This document shows positions 26,599 to 40,940 of a stretch of DNA of 64,000 bases, in pieces (within the stretch, counting starts at the first letter, position 1; each line of letters starts with the position of its first letter). A program made the translations under genes and the position numbers. The notes under the pieces were generated by a model. That model saw only the letters and a list, made by a program, of their open reading frames with translations. It was not told where the DNA came from and did no database searches. The DNA is taken from NCBI GenBank assembly GCA_964016885.1, contig OZ024743.1, positions 78,554,001 to 78,618,000 of the forward strand. Reading direction: 5' to 3'. Source of the DNA: Eledone cirrhosa (lineage: Eukaryota).

Positions 26599-29450
26599 TC
26601 GTGGACAAATATATCAATGTGCCCAGACACGCAGATATATTGCCCTTGGTATGACAGTGTGGTTTTAGCTCAATGCAGGATAACTGGTATACTACAGAGC
26701 CGTTACAGGTTTAGGAATAACCAAAGAGTGCTTAGAAATACATTGTTTTATTAGCTAACAGTGTTTCATCCTTACCCTAAGGCAGGAATCATCAGAGCCT
26801 ATAAACAAGAGTATATCAGTAGTTGCATGCTCCATCAGGCTGCGTCACCAGAACAAGGTTAAAGGACCAGCAAGGGGGTCCCGAGGCCAGCGCTATATAG
26901 AAAAAGACACAATACATAACGCATATAATGTCATAAAATGTCATAAAAATTATCATAGAAAATTTCATCAAAGATCACATCAAAAATTGATCACTTACAT
27001 GGTGCAATAGATGATAAGGAGGTTGGGAGAGGGTAGCAGGGAATGAGTGAAGGTGTTACTCAGCATGATCAAAAACAATAAAAAAAACAATAAAAAACAC
27101 AGAAACAAAAAACAAAACAAAAACAAACAAACAAACAAAGCAAAGCATAGATACATCAAAGCACAGGCAGTGTAAATACAGGATGTACAGGCAGATTAAG
27201 AGAGCTTGCAAGTATGAGTCTGTGAGAAGGATAGTTGGTTAGCGGTGGTGCAGCTTTACATGTAGGATTGCCTATAGGAAGGTTATATCACCTTGTAACA
27301 GGTCGATCCTCCGTATCTTATCAGCACCCTACGGACAACATCCATTGGTTCCAGTTCCGATCGTTAGGCGAAGTAACACTATGTTTCCAAAACATATACT
27401 CCGGGGATTTATCCGGATAGGTAGTCAGCGATAAAGCCCTAAAATCTAAAATAAAATAAAGTACGATGAGTTGAAGAAAGGTATGGTATATGTACAGCCG
27501 GCACTCCAGTGAGGAAATTGAAAATACGACAGGTCCGCAATAACTGCAATCTCCCAAAGTCCTACCGTTCGGTCAGTCAACCCAACGTCCCAAGTGAAAT
27601 TCACTGTAAGGCCGAGTCGGCATTGAAACAAATTGTCATACAGTATACAATTATACCACTGTAAATGTAAATCGTGATGGCTATTCCGTCACATAAACAG
27701 AAGGTGTATACAGAGAACTCCGCTTCCAGAATTACCAATGGCAGAGTGAAGGAAAAGCAGATGTGGTTATAATAATAAGCGGATTTATTAGAGTGAGTGC
27801 ACATTTGTGTAGAAAATATAGAAAACTCGTGGCTAAAACTGTCAATGACAACTAAGTTATTTACATGTCCGCCACGTGGTTTTCGTGTAGATTACTGAAT
27901 CCGGAGGTTGTAATCTATTCACAGTCGGGTGTGACCCCTCCTGGGTCGGCCGGAAGTCAATATCTACTGTCGCACACTGCCTTGAGTGTGGTTCTATAAT
28001 ACATCATATATGCAGCACAATTCATATTCAACAATTTCAAAATTCCAAAAGTTAGCCTCTCGCTAGTAACACAACGGTTGTCAGAATATAAACACAGGAA
28101 GTCATAGTGTGGTTATGAAAAATATGGGAGGCAATTCGCGTCATAAAGGGCGGATTCATTAGATATCCACGGGACGCTTGGGGCAAGTCATTTGTTCGAT
28201 TCGGACCCCTCGGCGACCAACCGGGGCTTGATCGATTCTGGGGCACCTAGCCCACACGATTTGCTCCCTTATTTCACTATACTATATTAGCTGCGGCGGA
28301 GTTTGTTGGGCTTTCGACAGACTATTAGGCTGTGCTATCAGTTAGCGCACAATGGGTGCGTTTATAAACCGTATCATTATGGTTAGTGTGGGTAGGTGCC
28401 TGCATAAGGTCAAGCTGTCTAGGTATAGTGAAAAGCCTTAAGAAGGTTATACCCTATGGGTCATTGGTTAGTGGTAATAAGATGAACTAGGGAAGAGAGG
28501 AAGAACAAAGTAAGCAAGAGGGGAAAAGAGAAATGAAATAGGAGAGTAGCCCATATACACTTGAGGAGCAGTTAAGGTTACAGAGGAACCAGGAACCCGG
28601 GTGGCGCGGTTTTACGTAGGCCTGACAGGAGGGGGGGGGGGGGTGCAAGTCCTACAGCGTTAGCTAATTGGTCTAAAGTAATAGAAGGAGCTAAGATTTA
28701 TATGCGGGCAAGAAGAGAATATTTCCGATTTCCTATTTAGCAGGTTCAGTTTGGAGTATATTATGGCGTGTGATTCAGAGAGACAAAGGTCACAGGTCTT
28801 GCTAGGGGGTCTGTACTGCGATGATTTAGTGATGATTCTCTAATCAAGCTTGTATTGAATATCAGTGTTCTTCAGGAGAGATATGTAACTAGCTAGGGAT
28901 GTGGTATTCTTAAGTATATCATGTTTAAATGTATAGCGATGGGAGGTGTATCTAGTCTTAAATGTAGACCCTATATATGTTTTGGAAGTGGTCCGAGTTG
29001 TAACTTCACAAGCGTAGACAATATTGTTTATAAGGCATAGCCCTTTCAGTGGGCACTCAGCCTTTCGTCTGCAGTTACATTTGCGGTGTATATCACTCTG
29101 CGGTACAGGAGATGTTTGGTTTTCCATACGTTCTAGATTTGGCAACCGTACATCAGATGTGTGGATCGTACTGCTGGGTAACGCTGCATCCGGTCCATCT
29201 AGTGGCTGCGGGTGTTCCGCAGATGCAATGGTATCGAAACCCTTTCTAATTTTGTTGTTGTTCGTTATGGCTAGGCGACGATCTAGATTTGGAGTGGTGG
29301 AGAATGATAGCTTAATTGTGTTTTTATTAATGATACTATGGTATTTACTACCGGGGGGGGGGGGTATTTTCCAAGATCGAAAAGAATGCCTTTGGTATAT
29401 TGGTTGATACCTCCGAGTTGTAAGGTGGATTAAAATATATTGCCAAATAT
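26595..29450 (-). mobile_element. 5'-truncated Naiad-type Penelope-like element with ~2 kb non-coding 3' region
   Basis: FNPPYNSEVSTNI (ORF 29348), CNCRRKAECPLKGLC...NIVYAC...YIGST (ORF 28840); terminal HHR at 26747-26805; (TA)n flanks. Confidence 0.8.
26747..26805 (-). ncRNA. Type I hammerhead ribozyme motif
   Basis: TTTATAGGCT-CTGATGA-TTCCTGCC TTAG GGTAAGGAT-GAAA-CACTG-TT-AGCTAATAAA. Confidence 0.78.
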
Positions 29451-29462
29451 ACTATACATACA

Positions 29463-29505
<43 letters not shown>

Positions 29506-29724
29506 GGAGTAACAAACAATAGTTAAATGCAGTCCACTTAGGTATAGTCCAGTTATGGTATTCCAGGTAGTGGATGATATCAACGCTTGGCTTGGTTTGA
29601 CTCAACAAGGCGTTTTCATAGTGATGCTGCGGGTATGCTGTAATTCCTATGTTGTAAACACTTGGAGTAATAATAAATCAGGAAAGAAGGTTGACATGGT
29701 TTGCTATACAAAAAAGGTTTTTAA

Positions 29725-29845
29725 TCTCAGAGCTGACAATTGTTTCTCTGAACTGGTAGGTCTAGAGATCGCTGTTCGCTTATTTTCGCGTTACTCGATC
29801 GCCAATACAAAATTATAACCAGTCAGTTCTTCGGAGCATGCGAGA
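29725..29845 (-). ncRNA. Hammerhead motif with CCGAAGA (U4C) core and long stem II
   Basis: TCTC..GCT-CCGAAGA-ACTGACTGGT...ACCAGTTCAGA-GAAA-CAATTG-TC-AGC..GAGA. Confidence 0.65.
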
Positions 29846-30163
29846 ATGAAGAGAATACACAGGCAAGAAAAGAATATACAGGCTACTATATGAAATAGTA
29901 ATGGCATTCAGTTAGAACAATAACAACAATTACAACAATGCTATTAATAAATTATTTGAGGAGACCCTGACATTACTTAGGTGGGGGGTATAGTGTATCT
30001 AAGATTTCGGCGTGTAAAACTAGCTGTCATGAGGCAAAAGTAAAAGTTTGGCATGTACCGTCCTTTTGCCATAATTACAATTAGCACGCTTATCTCTTTG
30101 CATGTATGTATATTTTTGTACGAGTGTATATTGATGTGTATGTATGTGTCTATGTACACATGC

Positions 30164-30232
<69 letters not shown>

Positions 30233-30503
30233 CGTGTGTGTGTATAAATATATGCGTATATTACCTCCTTAACCTCTGTATTAACTCAACAACTATTTAG
30301 CTTTGACAGTGTTGTCCCACTCATGTATGTTATTGAAGATGAAAAGAAAGACTGTAAACACTGGCTTATCTTTATAATTTAAAATTGATACACACTTCGA
30401 TACTCTGTACATGCCAAACTTTTACTTTTGCCTCAGAAACAATTGTCAGCTATGAGATTAAAAACCTTTTTTGTATAGCAAACCATGTCAACCTTCTTTC
30501 CTG

Positions 30504-30550
<47 letters not shown>

Positions 30551-30704
30551 TGTATGAATAGTATATTTGGCAATATACCGTATGTTTAATTAAAAACATT
30601 TAGAAGACCTTACGCTATCAGTTTTAAAGTACTGACTATGTCACTTGCTTCTTTTCTGCGAAAGAAGGGAGAGAAGCTAACAGTCTGTTTCACGCTGGTT
30701 GGCG

Positions 30705-30735
<31 letters not shown>

Positions 30736-30741
30736 ATATAC

Positions 30742-30855
<114 letters not shown>

Positions 30856-31141
30856 ATATTGTTCTTATCATCATCCCCAACCTGTCAGGTATCCTCAGTC
30901 CTTTAAGAAGTTTACAAGTTTCAATTGGATTGACCCTAGTGTCCCGATCCTGAGTTCAAAATCCGCCGAGGTTAACTTTGTCTTTCATCCTCACGGGGTC
31001 GATAAAATAAAGTAATGCATTGGGGTCAGTTTAATCGATTTCCCCCTGCCTCCCAAAATTGCTGGCCTTGTGCCTAAAACAGGGCCAGCAGTGGCGGCAA
31101 CACCAACAGTCGTAGTAGCTACACTGGTGACAGTAGTTACA

Positions 31142-32145
31142 CCGGAGTGGTTTGGATGGTCTGCCCTACGAGCTTTATAAGTACATGCCAGACTTGTCCG
31201 GTGACCTCTTGGCAGATGTCTACTGCAATTGGCAGCAGAACGGGAGCATTCCCAGTTTTGTGAGCCGGGGAGCGGTGGCGCTGCTGAGAAAAGACCGGAA
31301 GAAGAGGGATGTTATAGACAACTACAGGCCCATAACTGCAAATTTTGGCCAAGGTGTTAGCAACGAGATTGGCGCTTGTCGTCGGTGATCTAGTGGGAGA
31401 CGCGCAGACATGCGCCATTCCAGACAGATCCATCCACGACAACCTCCACCTCATGCGATACATCACAGAGAGGGTGGTTAGGGAACCTGCCACAGGTGGG
31501 GCTCTGATGAACTTGGACCAATCTAATGCATTTGATAAGGTCGACCATCGGTACCTGGTGGTGGTCCTCGAGGTGGCCGGCTTCGGGCTCGTTTTCAGGG
31601 GTTGGATTGCTGCGATGCACAGCGAGATCTGCTCAGTTGTGAGGGTGAACGGTCATCTGTCACAGCCGTTCAGTATCATGCGTTCGGTCTGCTAAGGTTG
31701 TCCCCTCTCGTCCCTCTTGTACGTGTTGGCCCTTGAGCAGTTACTGCACAAATTGGAGGCAATGAGGGGCGTCCCACGCGAACTGGGATGTGGGAGATCC
31801 ATATCGGCTTACGCCGACGACATCACCGTGGTAGTATCAAGAACCGGACATGTCCAGATGCTGGGCACTGCTCTCAAGGAATACGAAGCAGAGACAGGGG
31901 CAAAGTTAAATCAGGAAAAGTCGGTGGGCTTGCAATTCGGCAGTTGGAGAGTAATTTCATGCCGTCCGACACCATCGTGGGGCGCTGGAAGGAAGGACCG
32001 GTTAAATTGCTCAGGTCTGGTTTGGTCCGGACCTCCAGATGGAGAAAACCTGAAGCGAGGTGACGAGCCTCTATCACTCAGAAATGGGCCAAGAGGAGGC
32101 TGTCTCTGAAAGGTCCGGGAGAGGTGGCGAATGCGTTCATCGCAT
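31142..32145 (+). mobile_element. Tx1-like LINE RT fragment (pseudogenised)
   Basis: DGLPYE, AKVLATRL, NLDQSNAFDKVDH, AYADDIT; frameshifted paralog of the downstream element. Confidence 0.9.
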
Positions 32146-32169
32146 TACTTTTAAAAATAAAAAAAATAA

Positions 32170-35100
32170 AAATATATGTCTGAGCCACGTCCAGCACTAT
32201 GTCTGCTGTCAACGGCGTAAAAGTTGAGAGGGGGTTACAGAAATTCATACAACAAACACCAAAACCAACGTGAACAAAGACAACAACACCGAGAACACTA
32301 TTTTTTTAAAAATTACCACACCAAATACAACAATAACAGCGACAACCAAAATACAGACAACAGAAAAAAATGAAAACAAATGCAACAATGATATTAACAC
32401 CACTAACAAGAAAATAAACAACAACAACAACACCAACAGCAACAATACAAATTGCATCGAAAACAACAACAACGGTGGCACCAAAAACACAACCAACTAC
32501 AACGGTGATAACATCAGCAACACCAAAAACACCGTTTGTAGCAGTAGCAACAGCAACAGCAACAGCACCAACAACAAGACTAGTAGCAGCAGTAGCTGCA
32601 GCAATAATGGTGCCGCTGAAAAAGGGGCCACTTCTTTCGTAGGTGTGGCCCGAACTATAGAAACAGTGCTAGTCATGGAGGAGGAGATGGCAGTCGCTAG
32701 CGTCATGGTAACAAGAAGGGGTGCGTCTGGGTGCGCAAAACCCACATCACCCGAGGCAAAAAGTATGCCACAGTAGACGTACTTTTCTCCACCCCCAAGA
32801 GGCGAAGTCTCACTCTTTGGAAACCCTAAAGAGTGAGGAGATAGTCTTGGTGCCCTCCTACTGCGGGCAGAAAGTTGTGAGGGTCAAAATCGCCGGAGTG
32901 GGCTCCACTACCACCACCAACAGTCGTGGAGCTCATACCCCTCCCAGACGCCACGGAATCCGACATGGAGTATGAGGCGGGAGTGAAGTGGCAAACGGTC
33001 TGTCAAAAAAAAAGAAAAAAGAAAAAAACCCTTAGCTTCATCCTCCAAACGTGAAGGCAAACAAAAAGGGGTAAAGGCTGCAAGACGACTCGCAGCAACG
33101 CCACCACCAACAACCACCACACCACGACCACCAGCATCACCACAAACATCAACATCGCAAAAACAACAAGACAAACATACACAACAACAGCAACAAGAAA
33201 ACAGCAACAAACCCCCCCCCCCCCCCCTCCAAAAACATTACACAGCCATAAAAATGGCAAATAAAGAACTCTTAGAACATATAAAGCAGCACACAGACAT
33301 TACAGACAAAAATTACTACAACCCACCAACACCAAGAACTCTCCCGAAAAATATAAAGATTATTGAAATTAAAATAGAACATTATAAACATTTAAAAGAA
33401 AAATTCCCCAACGCTGTTGGAGACTTCAGAGAGTCGGTTACCAAGAGGATATACACCGACATCATCTTGGCCAGCCAAAGGGACGGTTCGACTGTCCCTT
33501 TCCCACATGATCGGGGTAGGTGATCCTTTCTCACTTACTCCATTCCTCACCTAACATGGCCTTACTTAGAATAGGCAGTATAGATGTACGTGGCCTGTTG
33601 TCATCTTGGAAGCAGGGCCACCTGCTTAACGATCTCAGGTCACTAAACATAGATGTGGTGGCCATCAGCGAGACCAGAATTTCCGAAGCACGAGCCTTCG
33701 AACCGAACTTCGTCGGCTACGATGTATACGCATCTCCCAGCCGTCCAGGATCGGGGGGTGGATTTGCTGTGCTTTTTCGGAGAGGCTTGGATCTTGCCAT
33801 ACGGGCCATCTTCCTGGACCCAGAAGGTAAGTCGGTGGTGCTGGACGTGACCGGCAGCGAAGGCAATGCTTTCAGGCTAGTAGCCGTCTACGCCCCAACA
33901 GTGGCAGGGCGGCCAGATTTCTTCAGACGTCTAGAGACCTTTCTTGGAACGTCCCGCTCTTAAGTGTTAGTGGGCGACTGGGGCGGTATCTTAGACGCAC
34001 GCTGGGATTATGTGGGGCTAGTAGACAGGGCAGGAGGGAGTAAAAGCCTCAACAACCTGCTCAGACCTTTTGAACTGTCTGACAGGTATAGATTGGATTA
34101 TCCGAATGTGACAATGTGGGCATGGGCAAACCGTATCGGGTCATCCAGATCATATCTAGATAGGGTATTCTGTAGGGAAACAGATAAGGCTATTGTAGGT
34201 TGTCCACAATTTAAAGTAGTCGACTACACGGACCACAAATTTGTGATCTGTGAAGTTGACTTAGATTGACTCCATAGGCAAGGGCCCGGTTACTGGAAGC
34301 TAAACGCGTCGTTCCCGGCGCGCAAAGATTACAGAGACCAGATTAGCGAATTAGTTAAGAGTGCATTGACGGGTACGATCGTCAACAACAGGTGGTGGTT
34401 TACCCTGAAAAAAACGATTAGAATAGAGTCTATTAGGTTTAGTAAGGCTTTAGCAATAGAGAAAAATAGAGCAGAGGGAGAACTAGTTAGAAAATTAGAC
34501 GAGGCGCTTGGTAAAGGCATCACGACTGACGTACTTGCGGCTAAATTGGCCCTTGACCAATTCTTCAATGCAAAACACGAAGGCTGCGTTGTCAGAGTTA
34601 GGGTGCGTGCTCTCAGACACGAGGGGACGAAAGCCGTTCAATGGGCCCGAGTGGCAGAGGCGCGTCGTGGCAACAAAGCCATGATCCGGTCTTTGGTGGA
34701 CCACGATGGGCGCATGCTACTCGATCCCGGGCAAATGTGTGAAGCTTTTCATCGACACTTCGCTCAGCTGTTCGAGGGCAGCGGCGGGCCGGATCGAGGG
34801 ATGGACTTTAGTGTCTACCTCGACGGACTGCCGCGGCTTTCGGCCACTGAGGCGGAGTGTTGCGAAAAGCCGATAAAAACCGCTGAAGTACGGGATGCAA
34901 TGACTAGTTGCACAAGGGGTAAATCGCCTGGTTTGGATGGTCTGCCCTATGAACTTTACGGACAAATGCCAAACTTGTTCGGAGGCCTCTTGGCGGACGT
35001 CTACTGCAACTGGCAACAGAACGGGAGAATTCCCAGCTCTGTGAGCCGAGGAGCGGTGGCGCTGCTGAGAAAGGATCCGAACAAGGGGGATAACATAGAT

Positions 35101-37217
35101 AATTTTAGGCCCATAACTCTGCTAAACACAGAGTTCAAGATTTTGGCCAAGGTGCTAGCAAAGAGGTTGGCGCTTGTCGTTGGTGGTCTGGTGGGAGAGG
35201 CACAGACATGCGCCATTCCCGACAGATCCATCCACGACAACCTCCACCTCATGCGATACATCGTAGAGAGGGTAGCTAGGGAACCTGGCACGGGTGGGTC
35301 TTTGATCAATTTAGATCAGTCGAAAGCCTTCGATAGGGTCGACCATCGTTACCTAGCGGCAGTCCTGAGGGCGGCTGGCTTTGGGCCAGTCTTCAGAGGC
35401 TGGATCGCTGCCATGCACAGCGACATCTGCTCTGTAGTGAGAGTGAACGGTCACCTTTCGGAACCGTTCAACATCATGCGCTCGGTCCGCCAAGGATGTC
35501 CCCTCTCGTCCCTATTGTACGTATTGACTCTCGAGCCATTACTGCACAAACTGGAGACGTTGAGGGGGGTCCCGCGCGAACTAGGATGCGGAAGATCCGT
35601 GTCAGCATATGCCGACGATGTCACCGTAGTGGTGTCGAACGCCAAACACATCGAGGCGATCGGCACTATACTAAGAGAATACGAAGCGGTGACAGGAGCG
35701 ATGATCAACCAGGAAAAGTCAGTGGGCCTGCAGCTCGGCACCTGGAGAGGCAGGTCCATGCCGTCCAACAGCGTCGTCGGGCGCTGGACGGACGGACCGG
35801 TTAAATTGCTAGGGGTCTGGTTCGGTCCAGACCTCCAGACGGACAAAAACTGGGACGAGGTGACGAGCAGGGTGGCTTCTCTCACCCAGAAATGGGCCGA
35901 GAGGAAGCTATCCCTGAAAGGTCGAGCGGAGGTGGCGAATGCGTACATCGCATCCGTCATCTACTACCGCCTGACCGTCGTACCTTGTCCTAAGCCCCGC
36001 CTGACTGCGCTGGAGCGTTTGCTCTTTCGCTTCTTGTGGAAGGGACGTGCTCCGATGGTCAGGCGGTCCATCTGCTGTCAACACCCGCTACGTGGAGGGC
36101 TGGGCATGCCGTGGCTGATGATGCGCAGACACGCGCTCAGGCTACGACATCTCCACCTCTTCCTCGACGGTGATCAGGTGTGGTCGCCGTTTGCTAGACA
36201 CGTTTTTCCCCAGCTCGTCTCCTTGACGGAGCTGCAGTCCTGGGTCAAGCGAAGACCGAGAGGGAGCGCTTGGAGACTGGAATGTCTTCAGGCGCTCACA
36301 GCCCTCGACCAATCGGGCAATGTGATCGGTGGAAACTCCACCTTGGCGTTCTATAGGGGATTAGTGGAGGGGAAGAGCGTCGACGTACTTGGAGAAACTC
36401 TAGGCGTCGACGAAAATCAACTAGCCAATCTCTTCAGAAGGACTTTCGGGCCGGGGCCTATGGACAACTTCCAGAAATCCCTGGCCTGGCAGTGCTACCG
36501 AGGAGCTTTGCCAGTTCGGGATAAACTCTACAGGCATGGAGGTGCTGTCAGCCGGGCATGTCCGAGATGCGCGCAGGGCGACGAAACCGTCCTGCACGCA
36601 CTCGTCCAGTGTCCGAGCATTGCTGACTTGTGGGTTTATGTCGAACACCTGCTGTCACGTGTAGGACGGATCCGGCTATCAGCTGAGTCCATCGTGAGGA
36701 TTGCCCCGCCCCCTTCCTTTAGCCGGGAAGGGCAGGCAGTTTTTATCTGTCTGGTGGCCATGGCGAAAGAGATAGTATGGTGGACACGTTTGAAAGGGCT
36801 GAAGACGAGCACTTACCTCTTCGGTGATGCCCTGATTAACTTTTTCAAATTTCATTTGAAAAGGAAAGTCAGGGTAGAGAGGGAAGTGCTCTCTTCCCAG
36901 CATCTTGTTGAAAGATGGGTGAGAGAAGCAAGTATGGCCCGAATGAATGGGCCTTCTCTGAGTATGTGTCTGTAAATTAAAGGTGGAAAACTGGGAGAGG
37001 GCACTTGCCCTGGTGGTCAGGGCCACTGTGGTCTTTTAATGGGCTTTCTCCACAAATGTCCCTCGGAAGTCTCCCCCCTATTGGGGAATTTTTCTTTGTT
37101 ATTTTATTTCAACCTCTGTTTTTTTACACGCAGAAACACCCATTTGTACCGTCCTGTATTGTCCTGTACTGTCCTTAATGTCTACTTTATGTAAACCCTT
37201 GTGGTTAATAAAGAAAA

Positions 37218-37250
<33 letters not shown>
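32170..37250 (+). mobile_element. Near full-length Tx1/L1-clade non-LTR retrotransposon
   Basis: Decayed ORF1 to 33523; ORF2 33556-36975; AATAAA ~37207 and (ATT)n tail. Confidence 0.9.
33556..36975 (+). pseudogene. Tx1-like ORF2 (APE endonuclease, RT, zinc finger), one frame with two premature stops
   Basis: MALLRIGSIDVRGL, AVYAP, VGDW, SYLDRV, YTDH; KSPGLDG, QGCPLS, YADD; CPRC...ETVLHALVQC. ORFs 33520, 33964 and 34366 share one frame, with stops at 33961 and 34267. Confidence 0.92.
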
Positions 37251-37252
<2 letters not shown>

Positions 37253-37352
37253 TTGCCTTTCATCCTTACGGGGTCGATAAAATAAAGTACTAGTAATGCA
37301 CTGGGTAATTGCTGGCCTTGTGCCAAAAGTAGAAACAATTATTATTATTATT

Positions 37353-37399
<47 letters not shown>

Positions 37400-37498
37400 T
37401 ATCATCATCATCATTATCATTATCATCATCATCATCATCATCATCATCATTATCATCATCATCATCATCATCATCATCATATATTTTGTTCGTTGCAG

Positions 37499-37659
37499 AT
37501 GGCAAAGGTACAGCGGTCCCTTACCAAGCGACCTTAACCACAATCTCTGATAAAATGTGTAAATTCCTGACGGCGTCTTTACCCTATTCTGTCCGAAATG
37601 CCTACAATTTCCACGAAGCTGCCTTCTGTGCCAATTCTATTCGTTCAGATTCCTGCAAA
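37499..37659 (+). CDS. S1A serine protease, exon 6 (S1 pocket Asp189)
   Basis: ttgcag|AT GGC...: (N)GKGTAVPYQATLTTISDKMC...AAFCANSIRSDSCK; donor AAA|GTAATT (phase 0). Confidence 0.9.
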
Positions 37660-38540
37660 GTAATTATTATTTTATTTTATTTGGTTTTGTTTATTGTTTG
37701 GTGATGAAAAAGCTTCATGTGACAGCACGAGCCCTAATGGTTGGGGTGCTGAGTTCAGGATTATAAGGTCAAGGTCATGGGTATGATTCTCAGATCATGT
37801 GTGTGCTCCTAGCCAAGGCATTTCATTACAGATCGTTCCAGTTTATTCTGCTGGAAATGAGTACCAGCCGTAACTGGTGGTTAGCCCGCAGATTGGCGTC
37901 CGGTTTAGAGGGAGGTGATCTTGTATGCTCAGTCACTTAACACACCAGGAATCCCAAATAAGCTCCTAGCTTCATCTAACATGGAAAAACGGACGTAAAA
38001 TCACGATGATATAAACTCAGGCAACAGAGTCGTTAGAAGGTCAGACAGAATGTTTTATGGTATTCATTCCGACTCTCTGAGTTCAAATCCCACCGAGGTC
38101 AACTTTGCCTTTCTTCGATCAAGGTGGTTAAAAAAGTACCAGCCTAGTACTGGGGTCGATTCTTCCTCCCTCTGGAAGAAATCTGCTGTACTCAGGCCTG
38201 GAGAGGTTGTGGGCTCCACTAGTATTAAAATTCTCAAGGAACGTCATATGTTAATACGGTGCTTCTACGACTCTATCAGGAGTTACGGGACCATACCATA
38301 CCAAATCTAGTAAGGGTAGCGCCTATAGCCCTTTTCCATGAATTCTGAGACTGGTTGGATTAAGGAAGGGAAGAAATGAGGGAGGTACCCTCAGATTGAA
38401 GGACTAGTCCAAATGCTTGCAACAGAATGGGGTCCAGTAAAGCCAAGTGATGGATTGGAGCGAATATCAATTGCTTACCTTGCTGCTTCTGTTTCTGGAT
38501 GAGATAAGGAGTTCCGTTAAACCACTACGCCGTTGGATAG

Positions 38541-38658
38541 GCTGGAAAATAAATCATCCGGCTGAGCTCATGCTGGTGCAGTGCCCTTGATATGCTGGAA
38601 AATCAATCATCCGGCTGAGCTCATGCTGGTGCAGTGCCCTTGATATGCTGGAAAATAA
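38541..38658. repeat. 53-bp tandem duplication (2 copies + partial)
   Basis: GCTGGAAAAT.AATCATCCGGCTGAGCTCATGCTGGTGCAGTGCCCTTGATAT at 38541 and 38594. Confidence 0.9.
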
Positions 38659-39599
38659 AACAACAACATATTACAACTCCCAACTATGTAGGTTTAGTTG
38701 ATCTCTTATGAGGCTGCATTTCAGAGGGGGTTTCCCTGATGTTTTCATGACAGGGGCCTCGGTCTTACCATACACATGTATGATGTTGTTACAGCCTACA
38801 TCTAGATAAGTTTAACTGAGCTTCTACAAGGTTACAACTCATGAAACATTTCTCGAGTATTTCAATCATAATTTCCTCCACTGGAAATATCATGAAAAGA
38901 GCCGTGAAATGAAGTATCTTGCTCAAGAGTACAATGCACCATTCTAAACAGGAATGGAACCCATGAGTTTATGGTCATCAATGTAACACTCTACCCACAC
39001 GATCAGGCACCTTTACTCAGTAAATAATGCTGAACATCAGTTTATGTTGTCACGTCAAAGTACGAAACGCCGTTCTGGTATAAGAGAACGGCTTCACATT
39101 GTCCTCCAAAATCTTGGTGTCCATGGTCACTCTCTGCATTGCTTCTGTTAAAACCTAGTATCCAGGGTCACCCTCTGTGTTTCTTCTGATAAACTTGATG
39201 TCTAAGGTCACCCACTTCTAGCCAGCGTCTTGGGTCATCGTCTCTGGCGTATGTTTTGCATTCACTCTGAAGTATATGATGACAATCCTTCGCTTCCTGT
39301 CAAAAACCGTCTCCTATTTCAACACCGTAAAGATGGCTTTTAAAGAAACATTTCTCGAATCGCAAACTTCAATATCTGAGTATTCGGCAGACATGTGTAA
39401 CCATAAGGTAATTGTCAAAGATATTCTGCAGGACAGAGAGTGTGACATGGCTGGTCTGTGGAATTATAGGTGTAATCTATCTGACGAGTTTCTACAGAGT
39501 TTCTGTCAGAAGGCGGGAGACGTTCTATGGTGAATGACACCTGGACATTATAGTATATTGACATAATGACTTCGGGTGAAGAAGAAGAAGAAGAAGATT

Positions 39600-39633
<34 letters not shown>

Positions 39634-39792
39634 AATTTAATCTGAGTCTTTCGAATATTCATAAAAATTATTCGATTTGTTTGTAATTATGCAAAAGCTA
39701 TGTCAGTAGAATGATTCTTGCTCTTGTGTTGGCATATAAACAGAACGGCAGACACTAATATTTCTGGCTGATTACACTTTATCAGTACCGTA

Positions 39793-39844
<52 letters not shown>

Positions 39845-40522
39845 CTTCTTCTTCTTCTTCTTCTTCTTCTTCTTCTTCTTCTTCTTCTTCTTCTTCTTCT
39901 TCTTCTTCTTCTTCTTCTTCTTCTTCTTCTTCTTCTTCTTCTTCTTCTTCTTCTTTAATCTGTTATTTTAATAAATATATATATATATGATAACTGCAAA
40001 CTCTGCTAAGAGTATTGCAATCGCTTGTCAGATTTTAGAGTTTGGTGTGCTTTTAGGCTGCGGCCAGCCGCACAAACCTATAACAGATCTTGAACAAGCA
40101 ATGCCTGTGTTTTGAAGGTTTTTTTAAGTGGATAAAGGCCTTGCACTCGACCAATGCCATTCTCTGAGCATCGAAAACGCTACCCGAAAAGGAGAACTTG
40201 TCAACATCATCGGATGCTTCCGATGCCCCAGGTTTTTCTTTTTTTCAGAGATTCCCTCTCTTAGAAAGGTTCTGTGACAACAACTGGTCGCCTTTCACAC
40301 CCAGGTGAAAAAAAAGTACTATTTGGATGACTCTGCTAAGTGCCTCCGACCTTTGCTGGGTCTTGTATTTCATCCCGTAGGGTGTCCAAATATCACCCTC
40401 CACACCAAGCAAGCTTGGTGGGGTTGCCAGTTTAGTCACCGACAACCCGACCATGAGACAGGTTGTACTGGGTTACATGTTACCGGTAGCACTCGAGAGC
40501 GACCTGTCATACATACATGCAA

Positions 40523-40605
<83 letters not shown>

Positions 40606-40862
40606 TGTGTGTGTGTGTGTGTAAGCAAGTATTGCACCAAGAAAAATATAAACATCGGCAAGACGGAGACCCTCCAGCTGAGCTCTTGCCGTTTCAACAG
40701 TTCCAGACTAACAAAACTGTTCAGTTGGCAGTAGGTTTCTCTAATATAGTCACACCCTACTTTCCCAAGTATTGAGTGCTCTGTTGAACAATGGTCTTAC
40801 TAGTTTAATACTGGTTTAATCCTGATATATATATATATAATGTATAATAAACAATACAATAT

Positions 40863-40940
40863 AATTACCTCATTACCAGAGGTTTCCCGAATAAGACGAA
40901 TACAAGAAACGTCCTCATTCGTTCGTCAGACAAGGCAATT
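40863..40940 (-). ncRNA. Type I hammerhead ribozyme motif
   Basis: AATTGCCTTGT-CTGACGA-ACGAATGAGGACG...CGTCTTATTCGG-GAAA-CC TCT GG-TA-ATGAGGTAATT (11-bp stem I with three G-U). Confidence 0.85.

Noticed and set aside
32270-32776. 168-aa Asn/Thr-rich ORF as a host gene
   Set aside because: Low-complexity remnant within the Tx1 ORF1 region.
34267-34269. Programmed readthrough of TGA in Tx1 ORF2
   Set aside because: A second stop (TAA 33961) and a degraded ORF1 point to ordinary decay.
37247-37550. Poly-Met/Asp/Ile ORFs
   Set aside because: (ATC)n microsatellite ahead of the exon 6 acceptor.
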